Below, piece by piece: positions 43,771-54,109 of a stretch of DNA of 64,000 nucleotides (positions are counted from its first letter, which is position 1; every line of letters begins with the position of its first letter). The stretch is from NCBI RefSeq assembly GCF_000760515.2, contig NW_013546154.1, forward strand, positions 1-64,000, given 5' to 3'. This stretch comes from Mitosporidium daphniae (taxonomy: Eukaryota). Made by a program: the position numbers and the translations under genes. The notes under the pieces were generated by a model. The model made no database searches. It was not told the DNA's origin and was given only the letters and a program-made list of their open reading frames with translations.

Positions 43771-46130
43771 TTACAAAAGAAAGTCTGTTTTTAGCAGCGA
43801 ATATCTGGTCCCTGCAAGCTGATCAACATTGGACTCCACCCCAACGCAATTTCTGGCTTTCGCATGATTCCGCCTGTAAATCCGAAGCCCCAGGTCTAAA
43901 ACAGGGCCACAAGAACCATCTACTTCGGATAGCAAAGTGGCCAGCCTGTGGGTAAACTCAAGCCTCTCGACACAACTGGTATTGAAATTCCCGGGCTTCC
44001 CAAATAACCGCTCCTATAATCATCATCTGATTTGCATCAACATACTGCATCCTCGCCATAGCAAAGGAGGGGAAGGCGACATGTGGAAAGGGAGGGCTGC
44101 TGCACGATGACGCCAAAAAAGAACGTCCACACACCCTGTGCACTGCAAGTTGGACATGCAGATGCTTCAGATGGCCATGAAAATTTGCAATGTTTGCAAT
44201 AACGGCGACAAAGCTCGGGCACATTTGAAGGGAAAAATCCCACCATCTTTACCCTGGCCCTGTATATGGCAGGAATCTATGCCGTTAAAATACGAAATAC
44301 ATCTGTCGACAAGATAATGCTAGAAAGATCTGAAAATGGCATTTCAGCATATTGGAATCTTGTAACGCTCGGCGGCTCAATCATAAGCAACCTGCTAACC
44401 CCAGAATGCTCTCTCCGCCTACACTTGATTACGAAAAAAAGAAAACCTCAACAATGGCTGACAAAAAGAGACACCAGCGGGACTATCGATTGGGATAATC
44501 GAATGGGATGCAGGGAGTCCGCAGCCGTGCATGACGGCAATAATTTCCTCCGAGTCACTTCCAGGACAAATCGGGCGGGCATGAAGATTTTTGAAGTAGG
44601 CGATTCGCCCAACATGTAAAATCTCTTTTGCAATCGGTACATGTTCATCCCAAAACGTACAAAGAAGCTTATCAGCGACCACGTTCTGCTGATGACCAAG
44701 AGAATCGGCTCCTTCAGCAACAATTGTCCTTCACATAAGCAAGGAAATGCCAACCTTAGCCGCTCATTTGCGGTGTAATCACCCAACACGACGGTCATCA
44801 TCATTTCAGGATTTTCTGCCTCTTGGGTGTTGCAAATGTGTATCACCTAACGCTTAGAACTGGCATCTATACCTCTGCCACGAGATCAAAGTAACACCCA
44901 GCTCTGATATCTTTGACTTCGCGCAGTTTCTTAAAATTGGGAGCAAACGCATGAGAATGGCCATTTTGAGTGAATGTTGGCATAGGGAGCGTTTCTGCTC
45001 TTGTGGGTGAATCGGGTCCACAGAGAGAAGCCCATGTGGGCCTGATGTCGTTCTTACAAAGCTTGGACCACCAGCTGTACAAAGAAGCTATCCGATTAGA
45101 GTCCGAGCTCACAAGCGGGCTAGTTGAGGCGTGTCTGCTTACTGAAGGGCGAGGCTCCCGGTCCCTTGTGATCACAACAAACGAGAACCCTTTGGTATTG
45201 ATTCCCATTAACTCGCCCTTGTATCCCTGTATCTAGAATAGCCAAGCGGGGCTTACCTTGACTCGATGCAGACGGATTGCCTCTCCAGCAGACGCTATTT
45301 GTGGAAAGTCCATATGGCTTTTCAGAAATAAATTAACCACGAATGGGGATGAATTTTCTAGCGAATGGTCGACCATCAGCAACTTCATAAATAAATCTAA
45401 TGGTCAATGGCACAAAAACGCCAACCTTTTCCTTGACACGTACGAGGCTCAATCCATTCCACCACAAGACCAAGCAAATCTACCACTGTATTCGACATAA
45501 TTGTCGCAAGCTGGGGATAGCAGTGGCGATCTGTTTTTGCCGGAAAATCGTCCTTTACTTCGGCCTTAAAAGACAAAAGGGGATTATTGGCCGATGCTTC
45601 TGCAGATACCCGGCAGATTCTGGAAACGGGATTGATTATCTTGGTGCCCAACGAGGGCGAAACTAATTGCAGATGGATAGCCTCTTGTAGCGATTTCGCA
45701 TATAAAATAAGCCGGATCGAAAATGGAATCATCCCACTCCAATTAACTACCAAATGGGGATGCATATCGTCTTGGTGAGTGATCATGCAATTTTCGATCG
45801 AAACAGGGCCACTTATAATGACTTTGTCCTACGAGGTAATCCAACTCGGGTGCATACATGTCGTGATGGAATGGACAAAAGATTTGCAACCTCCGAAGCA
45901 AGGGTCACGAAAAGACGTCTCTTTTCAGAAAAAGAATCGAAAGGAGAATACGTAATGACCGACCTTTCCAGACCGGATGCAGAATCATCCTCAAGAAGAA
46001 CTCGACATATGCCGCCCTTTAGCGAATATGTTGATATGACGGTGCCTCTGATAAACTCATCGAAACTTTGCAAGCGTCTCAATTCATAAAGGTCGTCAAA
46101 TGTACGTAGAATTCCGCCGACACTGGACAT
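43771..46130 (-). CDS. POT1: Protection of telomeres 1 (OB-fold telomere-end-binding protein), full length
   Basis: OB1 VNLF...FPQI...GEAIRLHRVK|IQ.Y; OB2 YFDLVAEV, GDYTAN, TFWDEH...KNLH; OB3 YRARVK.V.FFP with CxxC...CxxC; about 6 introns. Confidence 0.85.
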
Positions 46131-46335
46131 GAAAAATTTGCAAATTGAAAATTTTGCCTCAAAAAATCAATTAAAAGCACGCCATTTGTGTGGGCCTTGA
46201 AAATTGAGAGGAGCATTTGACATTGCCAGCACGCCTTTGATCTTTCTTTACTCGGTTAGTCATCTAATTATTTGACATCTTGTGATTTACAGCACTGTCG
46301 TTGATAAATTTGACATCACATTCTGCTGTACTTAA

Positions 46336-46695
46336 ATGAAGTTCTCCATTGCGTTTTTCCTTGTGCTTCTTATTCCCATTCTGATTGTCGTTTATCATGG
46401 CATTTATCAGGACGTCCATTGGCTATTCTCGACCTTATCGGAACTCTCACGCGTCAATACCGAAATCAAAAGCTCTAACGTGTCACAACCATTAGTTAGG
46501 ATATCCAAGGGCTATATCCTAACCCCTAAAAATGTCACTAACGGCTTTCGGCCGTGTGAGACGCCTTCCCGGCCCCCCTTAAAATTCGAAATCATCAATT
46601 TGCGATCGATCTTTATGTTCATCGGGATGCTCACCTTTTTGACATCTGCACTAACTTTAATATTTATAAACCGCAATCTGTTGCGACTCCAATAA
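46336..46695 (+). CDS. Small orphan membrane protein (2 hydrophobic segments)
   Basis: ATG after an AT-rich context; N-terminal signal or TM segment and a C-terminal TM segment. Confidence 0.55.
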   Translation: MKFSIAFFLVLLIPILIVVYHGIYQDVHWLFSTLSELSRVNTEIKSSNVSQPLVRISKGYILTPKNVTNGFRPCETPSRPPLKFEIINLRSIFMFIGMLTFLTSALTLIFINRNLLRLQ

Positions 46696-47497
46696 AAGGT
46701 TGAACTTGGGCGTGCTTTAAAATGTAAAATCCGGTTTCTGAGCCGACTACAACTAAATGGGCAATTTTGCAAAAAAGCCCATGCTCGACCACCCCAGTGA
46801 TCGAAGAGAGCCTCCGTTCAATATCCATCAAACCGCAGAAAACTCCATCGCTTGAAGAGGGCGGCTGTAAATCAGCAACGATATGCCCTTGATCGGAAAT
46901 GACGGGCCCAATTTTGCCGGATCCATTTCGAAGAACGAGGGCAAAATTCATCTTCTCACACTCCTTTTTCACCAAAGGATATGCTTCTGGAACAATTGCC
47001 AACGGGATGCCTTTTCTCCACTACACTGAACACCAAAAGATATCTACCTTATGACCGAGGCAGTTTAGCTTCCCAACCTTATCAGAATCAACGATTACAA
47101 TGAACAGTTTTGCAGAAAGAGCTACAATTTTCTCCAGCAAATGAGCACCGCCGCCACCTTTAATTATAAAAGACCCAGAAGAATCAACTTCATCAGCACC
47201 ATCGATGGCAATGTCTAGCTCAGCATTAGGGGCCTGCGAAAGAGCGGCCAGGGTCATTCCCGAGCTGATGATCAGCTGTTGGGATTGGAAAGAGGTTGAA
47301 ACGGCAAAGCAATTCTTTGCAAGGTCGCTTTTAAGCCGGGCCTTTAGTTTTTCCATAAAAACAGAAATCGTGGTTCCAGTTCCGATTCCAAGCCAAGCAG
47401 ACCCATTTAGACTAATTGCCTTTTCGATTGTTTCGATGATTTGCGGAAGAATCGCCTCAACAGCATTGTCTCGACTTTTGGCCACTTGGCTGGACAT
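46664..47497 (-). CDS. RKI1: Ribose-5-phosphate isomerase A
   Basis: GIGTGTT, AIDGADEVD, IKGGGGAHLLEKIVA, GKIGPVISDQG, GVVEHGLF; one 27-nt intron. Confidence 0.96.
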
Positions 47498-47529
47498 TTA
47501 AATTTTAATTTGAAATAAAATTTCGTCCA

Positions 47530-48345
47530 ATGTTGTCTCCCAGTTCTGCAAGAAATCAAGCCTTGACGGATGCCTTTGACAAGGCCAAGCTAAGCATCAT
47601 CGAAAAATTCAGGTTTTAGCTCTGCATTTTATTCTAGTTTTGAAAATATCAAGGAAATATTTCCAGAATCGCTGACGTCTCCCTCTGTGGATAGTAGTGT
47701 GCTTGAAGAGGCCCATGTTCGAGCGAGGACAATTCTTTCCGACAAACTTACGGTAGGCCATTTTGGGCCTGACATTTGTATAGAGCATGTGGAACGAAAC
47801 AATGGTGAAGAATCAGGTTGAAGATGCGCTCTCCGTCCTAGATGCTGTCATTGACCATTCCGAACTTCTTGATCCATCGTTTGAAGTACCGCCATTTCCT
47901 TCATCAACAGAAAATATATTAGATGATGAGTTAAGGACAAGAAGAAACAACCAACTCAATTTCTTAATCCGGCTTCGAAGCATATTGTGAGCAAACTTGG
48001 TTTCATTTTAGGAAGCAAGAAACAGCAGAGGAAATCCAACGGGCCGTCAATGTAGCACACCATGTGTCTGAAATAGAAAACCTGGACTTGACGATTCGAG
48101 ATGTATGTGCTTTATTATTTACGCGTTTGCTAGCTAAATCAGCAAAACGAAGAGTTGCTACAGAGCATCTCGAAGGTGCAGCAGGAGCTTGCATCCAAAG
48201 GGGAGCATATTGTTGCCTTTCAGAAGAAATGGCAAAAGGCACCGCCATACTACTAACTGACCTGTAGACATGGGATACGCTATCGGAAGCCACCTGCTAT
48301 ATCAACCTCAAATCGCAAAGTGAGCCTGCCAAAATGGACATCTAA
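47530..48345 (+). CDS. NNF1: Kinetochore MIND/Mis12 complex subunit Nnf1/PMF1-like
   Basis: The spliced product R.QALTDAFDKA...FENIKEIFP...LTSMWNETMVKNQVEDALSVLDAVI follows the Nnf1 pattern and ends in a coiled coil. Confidence 0.65.
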
Positions 48346-48538
48346 AAACTGGGAGGTCATTTACGATAGCTACGGCGGGGAAACGGGCAAATCCGATCTC
48401 AAATACAACTGTTCACTTTAATTTTCTTTAATAATGGAAATAGCAATGCCCATAATACTACTTCGCTCCATTTGGAAATCTGAAGGCGTTTGATGTGTTG
48501 GAGATCCATAAAAACTACGGATAAGCTATGCGGCGAAA

Positions 48539-48940
48539 TCAACTGCTTGCCCCGTACAATTTGATTGGTTCTTTAAATAATCTGGAAAGGTCGGACTCTA
48601 ATAGCGCAAAAAGACACACGGAGGAGTCTCTATGGCATCTCCATCCTCGGATTGGATCCGATGGATTCCAGTTGAATCTTCTAGGCCCCGAAATTGGAGA
48701 GGAGAACCAAAGTTGCAAGTTTGGCGGCTGCTTATTGATGACAATGGTATTGGAGGTGCCACATTTGAGAGTTAAAACGCCGCTGGAAAGTGTAGCATCC
48801 ACGCTATCGTATGAAGGAACACGGCCAACAATCTTGGTATCAAAGGCGTCAAAGAGACTTTGAAGCGTGTCTTCTGCTGCCCGCTCATATGTGACCATGG
48901 CTCTGGTAGATGCGAAGCGGCCAAGCAGGGAGGCCCTCAT
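48539..48940 (-). CDS. YFH1: Frataxin
   Basis: YERAAEDTL and SSGVLTL...VINKQPPNLQLWFSSPISGPRRF; short presequence. Confidence 0.96.
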   Translation of the reverse strand: MRASLLGRFASTRAMVTYERAAEDTLQSLFDAFDTKIVGRVPSYDSVDATLSSGVLTLKCGTSNTIVINKQPPNLQLWFSSPISGPRRFNWNPSDPIRGWRCHRDSSVCLFALLESDLSRLFKEPIKLYGASS

Positions 48941-48990
48941 TTTTAAAAAATTGACGCCTTTAATTTAGTTTAACCGCAGGGCTTACACCA

Positions 48991-50153
48991 ATGCTTTCGG
49001 ATTCTTCTCTTCAGCAAACATACGTTTCCATTTATCCCAAGTTGGTCGCAAAGTTGCGAGAACATCTCTGCGGCTACACTCCAGCTCTCCCGCCATCATT
49101 GATAGATAGCATTTTTTCTGTATTCCCTATCCTCCTATTTGTAGATGCTGGAATATAATATCGAGGGCGGCAAGATGATCCGCGCAAAGCTGTGTATTTC
49201 GGTATTTGAGAATCTCCATGCTGCTGATTCGTGTTTCCCGATTTCGGTTGAAGATGTCTGGGTTGTGGGCTGGGCAATCGAAATTGTAGCATTTGCCCAT
49301 TAAATATGTAGATGCAAACGTTTTTTTTGGTCGCCGATGACATTATGGACGAATCCTGCCTTCGCAGAAACAAGTTGTGCTGGTACAAAAAGGTTGGATT
49401 ATCTGCAATAAACGACTCTATTCTGTTGGAGTCTTTTTTATTCTTGCTTCTCAAAATGCACTTTCAAGATAGACCCCATACGCATATCGGGCTGTTCTCC
49501 CTATTTAGGGATGTGATCCTAAGAACCTCTCTAGGACAGGCTTTGGATATGAAGTGCGAATCGTTGAAATCTCCCCAAATGAGCTTTGAGAGGTTTGGCT
49601 GCTGTGTTAAGCTTTAGGTATCAGCAAATCGTTGTGTATAAAACCGGCTTTTACACATTTTATCTTCCCGTCAAGTCTGCTCTCATTTTGAAGGGAATCG
49701 ATATCGATGACGCGCATTTGATGCCGATTCTTTTGGGGCTGGGCGAATTGTTTCAAATTCAAGTACACCTACGGTGGGTATTTTAAACTGCTAGGACGAT
49801 TACTTGGATTGCTTTGGAGATCCATCGATAACGGGTAAAATTGGCACCGACATCCAGGACTTCAAATGCTCTTGGTGTGTGCTCACTGCCTTATCAATAG
49901 ACGGCGATGCCTGTGATGTTTTAAAGGTTCGTTGGTGTTTTACTCTCTTTAGGAGAATTATGGAAAAGAATCTGGCGTTGAAACCGTGCGTTCATACTAC
50001 AAAAGGCTGGATATTCCCGCCATCTATGAGCGAGAATGTTTAAGTCGGAAATCCAAGCTGTCCGGTGTGATATTGGAGAACAGCCACTTGCCAGCAGAAC
50101 TGAAAGCAATCCTGCAGGGTCTAGTGGATCGACTATTACACAGAAGTAGCTGA
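48991..50153 (+). CDS. ERG20: Farnesyl diphosphate synthase
   Basis: [62 protein letters not shown]; 5 introns. Confidence 0.96.
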
Positions 50154-50209
50154 CAACTTTATTTGTACGGCAATAAATTGTTGCCAAATTTTGAGTGCTC
50201 ATGATGGCC

Positions 50210-51482
50210 TTATTGGAGCCCAACCATATTGTACTTGTTGTATAGCATCATGTTTCGCTTCATCAGCACAAGCAAAGGGCCCAGCAGCCGATTAAAGGCA
50301 TCGACTTCAATTCGCAGCACCGAAAGCGGGTTGCTTTGCGCTATCACGGTTGCCGCGCGTGGCTGTTTGGTTATCAGCGACATTTCGCCAAAATAGTCTC
50401 CAATGACGAGCGATTTCTCCTGCTTTCCATTGATGCAAACATTTGCATTGCCCTGGGAGACAATGTAAAAAGAATCGCCAATATCACCTTCCCTTATTAC
50501 AACCTGGTCCTTTTCGTATGAAATTTCCTTGATGCAATCAGAAAGCTTAGACAACTCAAGCTGGGACAGCGTAGAAAACAGAGGAATGTTTTTCAGAAAC
50601 GATTCATATCTCTTTCGTCGATTGTAGTTGTGGTTGATGACGATTTTCCTGAATGTCAATCTGTCAATTGCCCAAAGAGAGCCGGATTCACTGCTGCAAA
50701 TGACCGTTGCAGCGCGTGGGCTGTTGTAAAGAAGGGCCAGCTCACCAAAAGAGGCCCCGGTGCTTATGGTTTCATATTTTTCGCCATTGACAACGATGTC
50801 AAACACCCCGTCTTCGATCACATAAAAGAAATCGCCCGAATCGCCCTGCCTTATGATGACATCATCTGCCTTTGTAGGCCGTTCAAACATACATGAGATC
50901 TAAAGGAATCAGCTAAAAATCGATCACGTACAATGTCGGTCAGTTGGTTCTTGTCCAGTTCCTTGAACAGGATATTTGACGAAATGGCTTCTTTAATTAG
51001 TTTACAAGATGATTCTGATTTGGGATAGTGCTGTTTTGGCGGCTCTTCTTCAAGGGCATAGTTTGCATTTACGCCGTCCGGGTATGGAACACATTCTGCC
51101 GATACCGACCCTCGTCGCAAAGAAATGAGGCTGGAAATTTTTTCGGTCGGTGGTGGACATACATATTCGGGTGTAAAAGAGGCGCCGAAATTTCTCTGAA
51201 CCGCCGAAGCATGGCCAGCAATGGTCAGGTTGGAGAATAGGGCATTTTGGCTTTCCAATTCGGCGATCAGGCTTTCTTTTTCGGGCAGATCGTGCTTCTC
51301 CTTACTTAGCGCATATATACAAGCAGATAGTGCCAAAAGCCTGCTGGTGTTCCTAAGATCTGGGTGCAAAGCAAGCTTTCTGTAAATGTACTCGCATGAT
51401 GCCTAGGCAGGGAAAAATTGGTGTAACTTGCCTCAAAAAAGATCTTCAGATCAGACTCAAATGCTTCATATGTGTTATCCAT
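50210..51482 (-). CDS. BCY1: cAMP-dependent protein kinase regulatory subunit
   Basis: RRGSVSAE inhibitor site and two cNMP domains (FGELALLYNSPRAAT, FGEMSL...PRAAT); the first intron is GC-AG (51403-51431). Confidence 0.96.
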
Positions 51483-51625
51483 TGCAACCCTAAAAAATGA
51501 TTTTGATTAAATTTGATCATCTGTGTATACAATCCAAAATTGATTGTGCCGCCTGTAAGTTGCATTAGCGTTTAGCGCTGGTTTTGGGTGGCAATTTTTC
51601 CCGTGTCAAAATACACGCTGCGCCA

Positions 51626-53327
51626 ATGTTCTCCTCCAACGTGATGCCCATCAAGGTTGAACGCCAATATTCACCTCCAGCTTCAAAGTATGCCAATCAA
51701 ATTCTGAGCCCTGTTGTTCTGGAAGAGGTCCCAAGAAGCGCCGAAGATGGCTATTATATGACGGAGTATTTTCGCCTGCCATTTGGAATAGCCTTGATCC
51801 CTCAAAAGAATGTGGTGATCTTTCTGTGCTTTCTAGGGCTGTTTGTTGCTTATATCATTCGGATCTGTCTATCCCAGGCCATGATACCGATGTCGATTCA
51901 CTATGGATGGGAGGAGGCCATCCAGGGACACATATTTGCTGCGTTTTATTACGGATATTTGATCACCCAAATACCAGGGGGGTGGGTTAGTCAAATATTT
52001 GGCTCAAAATACGTCATCCTTTGTGGGATTCTGGGATCTTCCGTTCTAAACACCCTGGTGCCAGCGGCCTCAAGCAATGTCCGTTTATTTATTGCCGTAA
52101 GAATGCTTACCGGCTTTGTCCAAGGTGTAAGAGGATCTCTTAATTTAAAGATAGGTATTTTATCCTTCCTGCCTTCATTTACTATCTTGTTGGGTCGAGC
52201 CGAAACACAGATCAATCGCAGTGGCGTTTGTGATTTCGGGACAGCATTTGGGGACTGCCGTAGCTCAGGGTGGCTATCCGCTGCTGGCGACGCGTCTAGG
52301 CTGGAGAGTGCCCTTTTATTTAATCGGCGTTCTTGGATTTGTTTGGTCGCTTTTTTGGGTTTACTTGATCAAGAGCAAGCCGACAATCCCAATGCCCTCG
52401 ACCACATCTTCAATCCTAATTTGCAGCTCCCCCGTCAACGATGAGACACAAGGCGGCGGCAATGTTGGCGATTTACAAGAAATATCGCCTATCGAATACT
52501 CCTCAGGCATGACAACCAAAGATTCGCTTTCGCCTTGGATAACGTCAGGAACATCCTCATTTATCATTCAAAAGCCCCCTTGGTATGATTTCTTTTTCCA
52601 TCTGTCGGTGTGGGCTTATTTTGTGCTGTTTTTCTGCTATAATTGGTCCTTTTATTTACTTGTCGCATATTTGCCCAAATACTTGGCCACCATTCTCGGG
52701 TTTTCCGCTGGAACGTCCGGAAAAATCACCGTCACCGCGTACATTGGGCTATATGCAAGCATTCTTGTTGGTGGGCGGCTTTCCGCTTCGCTTATGTCAA
52801 AGAAAAGATACAGCCCCACGTTCACTAGAAAATTGGGCGTTTTCATCGGATTGCTTCCTTCAATCTTATTGTTGCCTGCCATTGGAGCCGGCATATTTCA
52901 AGATCGCAACAGTATAGCAACTGTACTTGTCATAAGCATTGCTGCGACCGGATTTGCCCAGGCCGCCTATGCGCCTAATCCGATGGATTTGTTTCCCAAG
53001 TCACCCGCCATAGTTGCCTCGATTGGTAATTCCATCGGAACACTGCCGGGATTTCTATCCTCAATTATGGCCGGGTGGATCCTGCAGAAAGGAAATTGTG
53101 GATCTGCTTCTGAAAAGATTTGGAATGATTTACATGTTGGATCCCCGTCTCCATTCAATGCCCCTCCCATGTGTCTCACGGCATGGGGCTTGGTGTTTGG
53201 GAGCTGCGCCGCGGTGTATTTATTTGGCTTGGTAATTTGGCTTTTGTTTGCGTCTGGGGTACCAATCAGACCAGCAGCACGCTTCGGATCATCACATCCA
53301 ATGAGGGGGGCAAGTGGGCGATGCTAA
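51626..53327 (+). CDS. MFS anion:cation symporter, SLC17/PHT4-like
   Basis: AYIIRICLSQAM, G.IFAAFYYGYLITQIPGG, R.LTGFVQG|VFYPS, GNSIGTLPG; intron 52127-52154. Confidence 0.9.
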
Positions 53328-53494
53328 ACGATCAAACATGGGTTCGAATAAATTTATGTATATAACACCGACTGCAGTGACAGCCCAGCACCAGTCAGTT
53401 GACCCTATGCATGCATGTACACACACACGTGTACCACAATTGAATTTAATTTCCAATTCAATAACAACCATCAAGTTTAGCCAAAATTTAAAAA

Positions 53495-53632
53495 CTTTTG
53501 TCCAGAATGAACCATAATTTGGGTGTTCATGTTTTGCCCGGGTTTCCCATTCTGGACGGAGAACAAAATGTCCTGTGTATCTAGAGCTTATTCGGCTTAT
53601 GAATAAGTTCTTCGTAATCCGGAGATATTTCA
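53495..53632 (+). ncRNA. Box H/ACA snoRNA, snR31/SNORA8-like guide for 18S rRNA
   Basis: Hairpin 1 GTCCAGAATG/CATTCTGGAC; H box AGAACA at 53560-53565; hairpin 2 AGAGCTTATTC/GAATAAGTTCT; pocket strands GTATCT and TCGT; ATA tail at 53625-53627. Confidence 0.7.
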
Positions 53633-53642
53633 TCTGTAAAAA

Positions 53643-54074
53643 CTATATCAATGACAGTGCATAGTGGTCCTTCAGATAGCTAATAGTGTCCCATTGATGA
53701 TCAAACGCCATAACAATGCCCTCCGTATTTATAGAGCATATCCAGGCCATAAACAGGGGCAAGTCACTTGGCGGTATTACCTCCGAAAAGGAGGCCAAGT
53801 TTATCACACACGCTATGTTGCAATTGCACACGAAAAGAGAGACGGACGTGAACAGGTCTTGTATGGAGCCTAGCTTTTGAATGATTCTGATTTTTTTCAG
53901 AATGCCGATGGACGGAGACACCAACAAGTCAGGCCCGATGGGCGCGTTTTGGTGTTGCAATATTAGGATGGCATCTGGCAAGGTGTTGCTCGCCAGGGAC
54001 TCTGCATGGCATTGCGTTGCCTTCCACAGTTGATGCACATCTGTTTTTTCAGATACAGCGTTAATTTGAAGCAT
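53643..54074 (-). CDS. Hypothetical protein (possible SWSAP1/RAD51-paralog-like fold)
   Basis: About 143-aa ORF with its own AT-rich start context. LKKIRIIQKLGSIQDLF resembles a Shu-complex segment only weakly. Confidence 0.45.
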   Translation of the reverse strand: MLQINAVSEKTDVHQLWKATQCHAESLASNTLPDAILILQHQNAPIGPDLLVSPSIGILKKIRIIQKLGSIQDLFTSVSLFVCNCNIACVINLASFSEVIPPSDLPLFMAWICSINTEGIVMAFDHQWDTISYLKDHYALSLI

Positions 54075-54109
54075 AGCTTGAATGAAATTAAATTTTACCG
54101 CCATGCAAG

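Noticed and set aside
24644..50153. ERG13 and ERG20 as a mevalonate pathway cluster
   Set aside because: They are about 23 kb apart with many unrelated genes between, consistent with chance in a small genome.
53341..53350. GGTTCGAAT as a tRNA T-arm
   Set aside because: No cloverleaf, acceptor stem or A-box can be formed around it.
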